DNA of 30,136 bases from Candidatus Parcubacteria bacterium (GCA_039795755.1 JBDKLF010000054.1:1-30136), one strand, 5' to 3'. Counted from the first letter of the stretch, positions 1 through 8,494 are shown. Numbers and translations: made by a program. The notes: a model not told the origin generated them from the letters alone.

Positions 1-1162
1 CGAGAATACCATCAGCTCCAATTACCCAGCCAGCTTTTGCTAACTGAGCAATAATTTCTTCAGTGCTCAATTGAGAAGTGTTGAGTGTGCTTGTTCCTGT
101 GATTGATTCAAATGGGGGAATAGGACTATCAATTTCTGTTCCGTAACCTGCAAATATATTTTGTACAAGAAGTTTACGATCAACTGCTTGTGAAAGTGCT
201 GTTCGCAATTCTTTGTGTGCAAGTACGGGTGCATTATTTTGATTAAGAAATACACCAAAGATTCGATTGAGTGGTGAGGCGAGAATAGTAAGATTGTTCT
301 CTGAAGAAAGTGTGGTTGCTGCATCCTCGCTAATACCTGCTGCTGCAGTAATGTCACCAGATTGTAATGCGGTCAGACGTGCTTTTTCGTTTGGATAGAA
401 ATGAGCAACGAAAGTAGAAATATGTGGCTTACCAAGTGCAAAGTCGCTGAATGCTTTGAGTTTCATTGAAGTAGGAAGACCACTTTCATTAAGTACAACT
501 GATGAGAATTTGTAAGGACCAGATCCAATAGGACGAGTATTGAGTGTGCTAAAGCTCATTTCTTCTGCACTTACTCCAGACCACAAATGCTTCGGAACAA
601 TACCAACGGTGGTATTAGCAAGGAATCCTCCATACGGCTGGCGAATAGTGAATTGAATTTCCTTTGGACTCACCACGACAACCTGTACTCCTTCCCATAA
701 TGCTCGCTTCGGGCTTTTGAATTCAGGATCTTGTGCAACTGCAATGGTATAAGCAACGTCATCTGCGGTTACTTCTGTTCCATCATGAAATGTTGCATCT
801 TCACGAATCTTGAAATCATATGTCTTGCCGTCTTCGCTTATCGTATAGCTTTCTGCAAGGTCGGGAATCAGTGTTCCTTCAGCAGTTGCTCGCATAAGTC
901 CAGAGTAGACTAGTGATACGAGGTCTTTGTCAGTATCGGTAATTGCAAAGAGAGGATGAATTGATCGTGGTGCTCCAACGAATCCTTCAATATGCGTTCC
1001 GCCATCTTGAGGAACTTCTACCATGAATGATTCATTCACTTTGTAGGTAATAGCAAGAATTGAAATTCCCGCCAAAATTAGTGCAACAAAAAAGACCAAA
1101 CTCTCAGTAAGAGTGAATGCATCCAAGATGCGGAGAAATGTAGCTTTTATTGATTTGTACAT
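1..1162 (-). CDS. ABC transporter substrate-binding protein, family 5 (OppA/DppA-like); 3' end runs off the window
   Basis: Manual translation from the ATG at 1162: MYKSIKATFLRILDAFTLTESLVFFVALILAGISILAITY (TM anchor)...GGTHIEGFVGAPRSIHPL...LVYSGL...PDLAESYTISEDGKTYDFKIREDATFHDGTEVTADDV...PIGSGPYKF, typical SBP_bac_5 motifs. Absent from the ORF track. Confidence 0.9.
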   Translation of the reverse strand, partial: MYKSIKATFLRILDAFTLTESLVFFVALILAGISILAITYKVNESFMVEVPQDGGTHIEGFVGAPRSIHPLFAITDTDKDLVSLVYSGLMRATAEGTLIPDLAESYTISEDGKTYDFKIREDATFHDGTEVTADDVAYTIAVAQDPEFKSPKRALWEGVQVVVVSPKEIQFTIRQPYGGFLANTTVGIVPKHLWSGVSAEEMSFSTLNTRPIGSGPYKFSSVVLNESGLPTSMKLKAFSDFALGKPHISTFVAHFYPNEKARLTALQSGDITAAAGISEDAATTLSSENNLTILASPLNRIFGVFLNQNNAPVLAHKELRTALSQAVDRKLLVQNIFAGYGTEIDSPIPPFESITGTSTLNTSQLSTEEIIAQLAKAGWVIGADGIL

Positions 1163-1192
1163 AAGAATAGAAAAACCACACTCACGCTACGA

Positions 1193-1426
1193 TTAGTAGA
1201 TGAATGAAATGATTGAAGTGATGACGAACAGTATCGCTGCGATGATGGTAGCATTGAAAACAAGCTTTTCGAGACCTCGTCGTGTGTGTTCAATAGATCC
1301 AAAGCCATCTCCACCTCCGAAGGCTCCACCAGCACCTGATGAATTTGCTTGCAAAAGAATACCGACAGTCATAAGGACGGCCAGAACAATCTGTATATAA
1401 GGGAGTGCACCAATTACGATACTCAT
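1193..1426 (-). CDS. secG: Preprotein translocase subunit SecG
   Basis: Two TM segments flanking ILLQ...GAGGAFGGG...TRRGLEK, the SecG signature. Confidence 0.93.
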   Translation of the reverse strand: MSIVIGALPYIQIVLAVLMTVGILLQANSSGAGGAFGGGDGFGSIEHTRRGLEKLVFNATIIAAILFVITSIISFIY

Positions 1427-1433
1427 ACAAGTG

Positions 1434-1462
1434 ATATTAGCCTAAAGGGGGTAAAAAGTCAA
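1434..1462 (-). promoter_or_regulatory. Sigma70 promoter of secG
   Basis: TTGACT-17 nt-TAATAT; the -10 box ends 7 nt before the ATG. Confidence 0.7.
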
Positions 1463-1557
1463 AAAACCTAATTGAGGTAAATTATTGACGGCATGGGTGT
1501 ATATGTACTATAAGATATGGAATATTATGCTCTTTAACACAAATGAGCAACAGGGAA

Positions 1558-1612
1558 ATTGCTATAGCTACGAGATGCTAACAAATAGTTGGCGTCTGTT
1601 AGCTATGGCGAT
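1558..1612 (+). other. Long RNA hairpin upstream of the 1667 ORF
   Basis: 1558-1582 pairs with 1588-1612 (AAATA loop) with four G-U pairs and one small internal irregularity at 1571-1572/1598-1599. Confidence 0.6.
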
Positions 1613-1666
1613 AAGGTAGCCCAGCTAGCATTCAAAAAATAAATAACCAGACATGTTCAAAGTAAC

Positions 1667-2155
1667 ATGTCTATAACAGGAGAAGTTAAGTATATGTGTG
1701 AATTCATTGATCTCGATGAAAGTCCTGTATTACCTGATCGTGGTTGGACGGTCGTTGAGCATAGAAAAGGCGGTCGGTTCGAGTGGAATCCATCAAGGAT
1801 TGGGTTTTATGTGTCGAAGAGGCAAATCTTTGAAGGGGAGGATACTCGCTCGGTGGATGGTAATGGTCTCCGTGAAGAACTGCTGCATGTTCCCGTGTTC
1901 AACGCGAACCTGCTGAGTCATTTGCTGAAGCACCCACATCTTATTCCTGAAGAATGGAAGTTTTGTGATTCCAAGCATGAGGGTGAAAGTTGCCCCAGAC
2001 GTATTTGCTTCTGGGGAACAATTTACCAGTCTCCTGCTGGTAGTCAGTATGTCCTCTGTCTTGTCTGGGATATGGGTGAATGGCGACAGAACCTCGAATG
2101 GCTCGTTCCTGGTTTTCAGCCACAGCAGTGTGCTGCGTATGATCTGAACCAATGA
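1667..2155 (+). CDS. Hypothetical protein (resembles a family I recall from CPR genomes)
   Basis: 162-aa ORF with IDLDESP..P..GW.VVEHRKGG.FEWNP...NANLL..LLKHPHLIPEEWK...FWGTIY pattern; function unknown. Start may be the second Met. Confidence 0.75.
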   Translation: MSITGEVKYMCEFIDLDESPVLPDRGWTVVEHRKGGRFEWNPSRIGFYVSKRQIFEGEDTRSVDGNGLREELLHVPVFNANLLSHLLKHPHLIPEEWKFCDSKHEGESCPRRICFWGTIYQSPAGSQYVLCLVWDMGEWRQNLEWLVPGFQPQQCAAYDLNQ

Positions 2156-2159
2156 TTCG

Positions 2160-2205
2160 GTTACTATGGTCTCATTTGACCTGGTGACAAGAATCTTTTT
2201 ATTTT
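2160..2205 (+). terminator. Possible intrinsic terminator after the 1667 ORF
   Basis: Imperfect stem GTTACTA-T-GGTC/GACC-TG-GTGAC followed, after a short gap, by a T-rich tract. Confidence 0.35.
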
Positions 2206-2218
2206 GCGGGAATTATAT

Positions 2219-2247
2219 TTGCCAAAAATTCAATAGTAGGTTAGTAT
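2219..2247 (+). promoter_or_regulatory. Sigma70 promoter of rpmF
   Basis: TTGCCA-17-TAGTAT; ATG at 2257. Confidence 0.6.
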
Positions 2248-2256
2248 GTGAAAACT

Positions 2257-2469
2257 ATGGTAAACCACATGAGACATACGCGGGCACATACCGCGAATCG
2301 ACGAAGTCATCACGCTTTGAGTAAGCAAGGAGTTTCACTCTGTAAAGAGTGTGGACATCCGAAGCGACCACACACTATTTGCCCACACTGTGGAACTTAC
2401 AAGGGGAAGAAGATGGTAGATGTGAACAAGGTAGCAACTAAGAAAGCTAAGAAGACAAAGTCGAAATAA
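2257..2469 (+). CDS. rpmF: 50S ribosomal protein L32 (zinc-binding type)
   Basis: MVNHMRHTRAHTANRRSHHAL...CKECG...HTICPHCGTYKGK. Start moved from the GTG at 2248, which abuts the -10 box. Confidence 0.95.
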   Translation: MVNHMRHTRAHTANRRSHHALSKQGVSLCKECGHPKRPHTICPHCGTYKGKKMVDVNKVATKKAKKTKSK

Positions 2470-2504
2470 TACTCACTCAAGAACACCTTTGCACAGCAGA
2501 GGTG

Positions 2505-2533
2505 TTGCTTGTATATAAGCTCCTTGATAAGAT
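2505..2533 (+). promoter_or_regulatory. Putative promoter of the NusB-Nudix gene
   Basis: TTGCTT-17-TAAGAT with a TG extension. Confidence 0.5.
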
Positions 2534-2551
2534 AGATACAAATATAACGAT

Positions 2552-3463
2552 ATGGCAAACAGGCACCTTTCACGATCAGTTGTACTCCAAACACTCTTTG
2601 AGTGTGACTTTATGCACCTTGGTCATGATAGTGCCTTAGAATCTCTCGATCGTAATACAAAAGAATTCGCCCCTGAAATGGCAGATGTGCCCTTTATGAA
2701 AGGCATTTTCCAGGGAACACTGGATAAGCAAGCTGACCTCGACAAGATTATTACCAAGGCTGCTCCTGAATGGCCTTTGGAAAAAATTTCAAACGTTGAT
2801 CGTAATGTGCTTCGATTGGGACTCTATGAGCTTTTATTTGCACCACGCAACGAAGTACCACCAAAGGTTGCTATTAATGAAGCGATTGAACTTGCTAAGA
2901 CATTCGGAGGAGAGAATTCAGGAAAGTTTGTAAACGGAGTGTTGGGAGCGGTATACAAAGAAATCGGTGAACCAGGTAAGGCTGATGTCTCAAAAAAGAA
3001 AAAGATTGAAGATATTCCTTATGAGCAAATGCCGATTCAACATCTCGTTGGTGCGATTGTGTATGCATTCTATTGTGATGACGTCTACGTAGCACTCGTT
3101 CATGATGTATTTGGTCATTGGACACTTGCAAAAGGCAAAGTGAAGCCAGAAGAAGCGATTCTCGATGCAGTAGTACGAAAAGTAAAAGAAGAAATCGGTC
3201 TCGATGTAGAAGTTCAAGATGAACTCGGAAATAATGAATACATTGCTTCAGATCCAGAGCTCGGTAAGCTTCGTAAGCAAGTAAATTATTTCCTTACACA
3301 ATCTGAATACAAAGAATTAACACTTGAGAAGAAGGGAGGTCTCGATGATGCTAAATGGTTCAAGCTTTCTGAAATAGTTGACTTGAACCTATATAATGAT
3401 ATTGTGCCCATGTTTACCAAGGCGGTGAATATCCTCCTTGCAAAGAAACAGCCTACAAAATAG
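2552..3463 (+). CDS. nusB: NusB antitermination factor fused to a C-terminal Nudix domain
   Basis: N-terminus RHLSRSVVLQTLFE...DRNVLRLGLYEL...VAINEAIELAKTFGGENSGKFVNGVL (NusB); C-terminus HWTLAKGKVKPEEAILDAVVRKVKEEIGL (Nudix box). Confidence 0.92.
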   Translation: MANRHLSRSVVLQTLFECDFMHLGHDSALESLDRNTKEFAPEMADVPFMKGIFQGTLDKQADLDKIITKAAPEWPLEKISNVDRNVLRLGLYELLFAPRNEVPPKVAINEAIELAKTFGGENSGKFVNGVLGAVYKEIGEPGKADVSKKKKIEDIPYEQMPIQHLVGAIVYAFYCDDVYVALVHDVFGHWTLAKGKVKPEEAILDAVVRKVKEEIGLDVEVQDELGNNEYIASDPELGKLRKQVNYFLTQSEYKELTLEKKGGLDDAKWFKLSEIVDLNLYNDIVPMFTKAVNILLAKKQPTK

Positions 3464-3479
3464 GCACTATTTAACTCAC

Positions 3480-4172
3480 GTGAAAGAATTTCATATATTT
3501 GAAGAAAAAATCAATATTCGATTCAATAATCCTGACCTTTTGGAGCAGGCTTTTGTTCATAGATCATACTTGAATGAGAACAAAGAAGTGAAGCGTGAGC
3601 ACAATGAGCGTCTTGAATTTCTTGGTGATGCAGTACTCGAACTCGTGGTTACACATTTTTTATATGAAAAGTTTCCACAGAAGCCTGAAGGTGAATTAAC
3701 TGCCTTCCGTTCAGCGTTGGTGAATGCGGTGACATTGTCACAAGTTGCTTCGAAGCTTGAGGTAAATGAATACTTGCTCCTTTCAAAAGGTGAAGCAAAG
3801 GATACTGGTCGTGCACGATCATATATTCTCGCTGATGCACTCGAGGCGCTTATTGGAGCAATTTACCTTGATCAAGGATATGATGCTGCCAAGCGATTCA
3901 TCTATGCACATATCACTACACTCCTTGATGAGATTATGGCAAAGGAATTATGGATTGATGCAAAGAGTAAATTCCAAGAAATTGCTCAGGACGAAGTAGG
4001 AATTACTCCGTCGTATAAAGTAGTAAAAGAAACAGGTCCTGATCACGACAAGCATTTCACTGTTGCGGTATGTCTCGGTGCCAAAGAGGTAGCTGAAGGA
4101 ACTGGAAAGAGTAAGCAAGAAGCAGAACAAGAAGCTGCTCGTCAGGCACTCAATCAAGAGAAGTGGAAATAA
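3480..4172 (+). CDS. rnc: Ribonuclease III
   Basis: QAFVHRSY...NERLEFLGDAVL signature, DALEALIGAIYLDQG, C-terminal dsRBD (DAKSKFQE...GPDHDKHF...GKSKQEAEQEAA). In-frame GTG at 3480 preferred over the TTG at 3438 inside nusB. Confidence 0.96.
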   Translation: MKEFHIFEEKINIRFNNPDLLEQAFVHRSYLNENKEVKREHNERLEFLGDAVLELVVTHFLYEKFPQKPEGELTAFRSALVNAVTLSQVASKLEVNEYLLLSKGEAKDTGRARSYILADALEALIGAIYLDQGYDAAKRFIYAHITTLLDEIMAKELWIDAKSKFQEIAQDEVGITPSYKVVKETGPDHDKHFTVAVCLGAKEVAEGTGKSKQEAEQEAARQALNQEKWK

Positions 4173-4180
4173 AATATTTG

Positions 4181-4189
4181 TGCTAAAAT
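4181..4189 (+). promoter_or_regulatory. Extended -10 promoter of smc
   Basis: TGcTAAAAT, 7 nt before the ATG at 4197. Confidence 0.55.
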
Positions 4190-4196
4190 ATTTCTA

Positions 4197-6464
4197 ATGT
4201 ATCTCAAATCGCTAGAAATCAATGGATTCAAGTCTTTTGCAAAGAAAGGCTTACTTGAGTTTACGTCTCCCATATCTGCGATCGTAGGCCCAAATGGATC
4301 TGGTAAGTCCAACGTAGCTGAGTCATTCAGATTTGTACTCGGAGAGCAGTCAATTAAATCGATGCGAGGAAAGAAAGGTGAAGATCTTATCTTTAACGGT
4401 TCTGATGCTGCAGGGAGATTGAATCGAGCGTCAGTGAAATTGGTGTTCGATAATAATCGCCGAATGCTTCCTATTGATTTCGATGAAGTGATGATTGAAC
4501 GACAAGTGGCACGAGATGGAGTAAATGACTACTTCATCAACGGTTCTCCTGTGAGACTCAAAGATATTCAAGAATTATTGTCACATGCACATATAGGAGC
4601 ATCAGGACATCATATCATTTCACAAGGTGAAGCTGATCGAATTCTTTCTTCAAATCTCAAAGAGCGCCGAAGTATGATCGAAGATGCATTGGGACTCAAA
4701 GTATTTCAATATAAGAAAATCGAAAGTCAGAAGAAACTAGAAAAGACCGAAGAGAATATGAAGCAAGTAGAATCATTACGACGTGAGCTTGCTCCACATT
4801 TGAAGTTCTTGAAGAAGCAGGTGGAGAAAATCGAAAAGGCAGTTCAGCTCAAAGAAGAATTACGTACTAAGTTCAAGGAATATCTCAAGCGTGAAGATGA
4901 ATATATCAAAGCCACCAAGACACGGCTGGATACTGAGCTCCTTGCTCCAAAGGCAGAACTTGCAACATTACATACTAAGCTCGAAGCAATTCGTGCGCAG
5001 CTTGCCGCAGCAGGTGCGGAGAATGAGCATAAAGTTGCATTGATTGAAGCAGAATCAAAGATTCAAAAAGCTCGTGGAGAGAAGCAGCAATTGCTTCATG
5101 CAATGGGACGACTCGAAGGAGAAATTGCTTCTATTCGAAGAATGGTTGAGCGCGAAGAACGAAAGGCTCATGAGGCAGACGATACTACTGTGTACCTGCG
5201 TGACGTGGAAGGAATTCTTACTAATGTTGAAGCCACATTGCAGGCAGCGCGTCTCACTGGATTGTTCGATGAATTAGTAAAAGCATGTGATGCAGTCAGT
5301 GGTTCACTCAAGGAATTTATTCAATCTCGCAAAGCAACAGGATCAGTGAGTACTACTGATCATTATGTAGAAGATATTACTAAACTCGATGTAGAAAATA
5401 CTGCACTCAAGGAAAAGTTCGCTGTTGCAGAACAGGCAGAGCAATCATTGGTAGAAGAAATCAAACAGCTCAATCAACGTATTGAAGAATCAAGTAAGGG
5501 AAGTCGCGAAGCTGAACGTGAAATGTACAGTGTGATGTCACGACAAGGAGAAGTGCAGTCACAGATTGCAAAGCTTGAGTCAAAGAAGTATGAGATCTCA
5601 CTTGAAGAAACTGATTTCAAGCGTGAGCTTGGTGAAGCTTGTATGCTTATTGATCGTGATATGGCAACCTATGAATCAGTAGTAATTACTGACCTTGATG
5701 TGCATGAAGATCGAAGTAAGCAACATGAACGACGTCGTGAAGTAGAAAAGATGAAAATCAGATTGGAAGAATTGGGCGGTGGATCATCTGATGAGGTGAT
5801 GAAAGAATTCCGTGAGACAGAAGAGCGAGATGTGTTCCTTGCTCGTGAAATTCTCGATTTACAAGCATCAGGTGAAGCATTGCAAAAGCTTATTAAAGAG
5901 CTTGAAGAAAAAATTGATATTGAATTCAAGAGTGGCATTACCAAGATCAATACTGAATTCCAGAAGTATTTTGAATTACTCTTTGGAGGTGGTAAGGCTG
6001 CACTCAAGGTTGTTCGTGAAGAAAAGCGAAAGAAGAAGGACACTGACCTCGATCTCGATGGTGAGATGGATACTACAGATAGTACTGACGATGAAGAAGG
6101 GTTGCTTGCTCCAGAAGGAATCGATATCAGCGTAGACCTTCCAAAGAAAAAAGTGAAAGCACTCATGATGCTCTCAGGGGGCGAGCGAGCGCTTACTTCT
6201 ATTGCATTACTCTTTGCAATGTCTCAAGTGAACCCACCGCCATTTATCATTCTTGATGAAACAGATGCAGCACTCGATGAAGCAAATTCACGCAAATATG
6301 GTGACATGATCGAGAATCTTGCAAAGTATTCTCAGCTTATTGTGATTACTCACAATCGAGAAACGATGTCTCGTGCAGGAGTACTCTATGGAGTGACTAT
6401 GATGCAAGGTGCTTCGAAGCTCCTCTCAATCAAGCTTGATGAAGCAGTACGAGTAGCGAAGTAG
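4197..6464 (+). CDS. smc: SMC-family ATPase, short (755 aa), hinge not recognisable
   Basis: Walker A GPNGSGKSN, Q-loop IISQG, signature LSGGE, Walker B/D-loop ILDETDAALD, H-loop ITH; two coiled-coil arms; next to rnc as in many bacteria. Confidence 0.88.
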   Translation: MYLKSLEINGFKSFAKKGLLEFTSPISAIVGPNGSGKSNVAESFRFVLGEQSIKSMRGKKGEDLIFNGSDAAGRLNRASVKLVFDNNRRMLPIDFDEVMIERQVARDGVNDYFINGSPVRLKDIQELLSHAHIGASGHHIISQGEADRILSSNLKERRSMIEDALGLKVFQYKKIESQKKLEKTEENMKQVESLRRELAPHLKFLKKQVEKIEKAVQLKEELRTKFKEYLKREDEYIKATKTRLDTELLAPKAELATLHTKLEAIRAQLAAAGAENEHKVALIEAESKIQKARGEKQQLLHAMGRLEGEIASIRRMVEREERKAHEADDTTVYLRDVEGILTNVEATLQAARLTGLFDELVKACDAVSGSLKEFIQSRKATGSVSTTDHYVEDITKLDVENTALKEKFAVAEQAEQSLVEEIKQLNQRIEESSKGSREAEREMYSVMSRQGEVQSQIAKLESKKYEISLEETDFKRELGEACMLIDRDMATYESVVITDLDVHEDRSKQHERRREVEKMKIRLEELGGGSSDEVMKEFRETEERDVFLAREILDLQASGEALQKLIKELEEKIDIEFKSGITKINTEFQKYFELLFGGGKAALKVVREEKRKKKDTDLDLDGEMDTTDSTDDEEGLLAPEGIDISVDLPKKKVKALMMLSGGERALTSIALLFAMSQVNPPPFIILDETDAALDEANSRKYGDMIENLAKYSQLIVITHNRETMSRAGVLYGVTMMQGASKLLSIKLDEAVRVAK

Positions 6465-6465
6465 T

Positions 6466-8442
6466 TTAATCCACAAACTCAAAGTCCAATGACTTCTTGT
6501 CGAGATCTGCTCCAATGAGTTTCATTTTTACCTTATCTCCAAGAGAGATTTTCTTGCCAGTCTTTTGGCCAATAATAGCGAATTGCTTTTCATTGAGCAC
6601 ATACTGATCATCTTTCATTGCCTTGAGTCTGATCATACCTTCTGCCTTGGTCTCATCTTCTTCGACGTAGACACCCCATTCAGTCACACCAGAGATAACC
6701 CCATTGAGTACGGTTCCAATTCGTGGAGCCCAGTATTCAACTTGTTTGTATTTGATAGATGATCGTTCTGCATCTGATGCACTGATCTCTCGCTCGGTCG
6801 AGCTTGCTGCTGCTTCTGCAAAGAATGCAACGTCCTTGTTGGTGAGCTTCTGACCAGTGAGATATGCCTGCATGATGCGATGCACGAGGAGATCAGGGTA
6901 TCGTCTGATTGGCGAAGTGAAGTGAGTGTAGTATTCGAATGCGAGACCGAAGTGTCCGGTGTTGGCGGTAGTATAAATCGCCTTTGACATTGATCGTACT
7001 GATGCGGTTCGAATAAGGTTTTCTTCTGGGGTTCCTTCGATTTGCTTGAGGAGCATGTTAAGTGCCTTTGCGGTAACTTCACCTTCTTTGCTTAATTCGA
7101 GATTATACCCAAGTGCACGAACAAGCATTGCGAGATCTTTGATCTTTTCTACCTTTGGCACATCATGTGTTCGATAGATGAGACCTGCTTCTTTGCCTTT
7201 CATTTTTTTATCCTCATTCCACATGTACTCAGCAACTTCTTTGTTGGCAAGGAGCATGTACTGCTCAATCATTTTGTGAGTATCGAGCCGATGTTTCTTA
7301 ATCACACGGAGCGGTACACCTTGTGCGTCGAGTTCGAATTTCACTTCTTCAGTCTCGAAGTTGATAGCACCTGCATCACGATTATCTTGTATATAAATCT
7401 TTGCAATACAGTTCATAAGAGGAAGACAGAATTCGAGGTCTTGCTTGAAAGGATTTCCTTCAATAGATGATGAATCACCATTGATCACATCCTGAGCATT
7501 CTCATAAGTGAAGCGCTGATGTGAATGAATCACGGTCTTGCCGAACCACTTACTAAATATCTGACCCTTTGCATCCATTTCAAATACTGCAGAGAATGCC
7601 ATTCGGTCTTCATTAGGATTGAGTGAACAGATGTCATTTGAGAGTGCGTGAGGAAGCATTGGGATAGTCCGGTCAACAAGATAGACAGAACAACCACGCT
7701 TAATGGCTTCTTTATCAAGGGCTGATCCTGGAGTCACATAATGTGATACGTCTGCAATATGTACACCTATTTCATAACGATTGTCTCCGATTTTTTTAAA
7801 TGAAAGTGCATCGTCGAAGTCCTTTGCATCCTTTGGATCGATAGTAAAAGTAAGTGTAGTTCGGAAATCTCTTCTTCGGGCAAGTTCTTCAGGAGTCACA
7901 GGGAAGGCAGCTTTTGCTTTTTCATCTGCCTCTTTTTCTACTTCAGGAGGGAATCCTGATTCAAATCCTTTTTCGAGGATAATTGATTCCATTTCGGTAT
8001 TATGTTCACCTTTTTTACCAATGACCTTGAGTACTTTGGCAGCAGGATTCTTTCCTTTTACCCATTCGAATATTTCTACTAATACTTTGGTGCCGTTTTC
8101 AAGTCTTCCTACGGTTGATTCCTTTGGCAAGAGAATATCCATATACATTCGACGATCATCAGGCATGAGCCATACTGCTTTGCTTTCTGGTTTGATATCA
8201 ACTGTTCCAACGAATTGCATTTTTTCTCGAGTAATCACTCGTACTACTTCACCCTGAATTCGATTGAAGAGTCGATCGGGAAGTACTGCAACTTCAACCA
8301 TGTCACCGTGTAATGCAGTGTTCATTTTGCTCACATCAATCATAATATCCTCACCCTTGTATTCACTCTCGAGCGGGCTTTGGACGAATCCAGTACCCTT
8401 TGAGTTCACACTGATCTTGCCTTCAAAAAAGTTTTTATTCAT
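6466..8442 (-). CDS. rnr: Exoribonuclease R (RNB family)
   Basis: N-terminal cold-shock domains, TIDPKDAKDFDDALS catalytic motif, HFGLAFEYYTHFTSPIRRYPDLLVHR, C-terminal S1 domain. Confidence 0.93.
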   Translation of the reverse strand: MNKNFFEGKISVNSKGTGFVQSPLESEYKGEDIMIDVSKMNTALHGDMVEVAVLPDRLFNRIQGEVVRVITREKMQFVGTVDIKPESKAVWLMPDDRRMYMDILLPKESTVGRLENGTKVLVEIFEWVKGKNPAAKVLKVIGKKGEHNTEMESIILEKGFESGFPPEVEKEADEKAKAAFPVTPEELARRRDFRTTLTFTIDPKDAKDFDDALSFKKIGDNRYEIGVHIADVSHYVTPGSALDKEAIKRGCSVYLVDRTIPMLPHALSNDICSLNPNEDRMAFSAVFEMDAKGQIFSKWFGKTVIHSHQRFTYENAQDVINGDSSSIEGNPFKQDLEFCLPLMNCIAKIYIQDNRDAGAINFETEEVKFELDAQGVPLRVIKKHRLDTHKMIEQYMLLANKEVAEYMWNEDKKMKGKEAGLIYRTHDVPKVEKIKDLAMLVRALGYNLELSKEGEVTAKALNMLLKQIEGTPEENLIRTASVRSMSKAIYTTANTGHFGLAFEYYTHFTSPIRRYPDLLVHRIMQAYLTGQKLTNKDVAFFAEAAASSTEREISASDAERSSIKYKQVEYWAPRIGTVLNGVISGVTEWGVYVEEDETKAEGMIRLKAMKDDQYVLNEKQFAIIGQKTGKKISLGDKVKMKLIGADLDKKSLDFEFVD

Positions 8443-8452
8443 ATTAACAACG

Positions 8453-8458
8453 ATTATA
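8453..8458 (-). promoter_or_regulatory. -10 box of rnr
   Basis: TATAAT 10 nt before the ATG; no clear -35. Confidence 0.45.
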
Positions 8459-8478
8459 CATCATTTTTATCCTTTTGA

Positions 8479-8487
8479 TGATAAAAT
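8479..8487 (+). promoter_or_regulatory. Extended -10 promoter of the 1386-aa ORF
   Basis: TGaTAAAAT, 7 nt before the ATG at 8495. Confidence 0.55.
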
Positions 8488-8494
8488 AATATAA

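Noticed and set aside
1485-1516. Promoter for the 1667 ORF (TTGACG at 1485-1490)
   Set aside because: The -10 candidates are badly spaced or weak (TACTAT at 15 nt, TATAAG at 18 nt, TAAGAT at 20 nt), so it is not listed as a feature.
1493-1581. Tiny + strand ORFs MGVYVL, MEYYAL and MSNREIAIATRC upstream of the hairpin
   Set aside because: Too short, with no reliable promoter spacing; expected by chance.
4197-6464. smc as a pseudogene or deletion artefact, or a Rad50-type zinc-hook protein
   Set aside because: The frame is continuous, all ATPase motifs are intact, the two arms are of similar length, and there is no CxxC in the middle segment.
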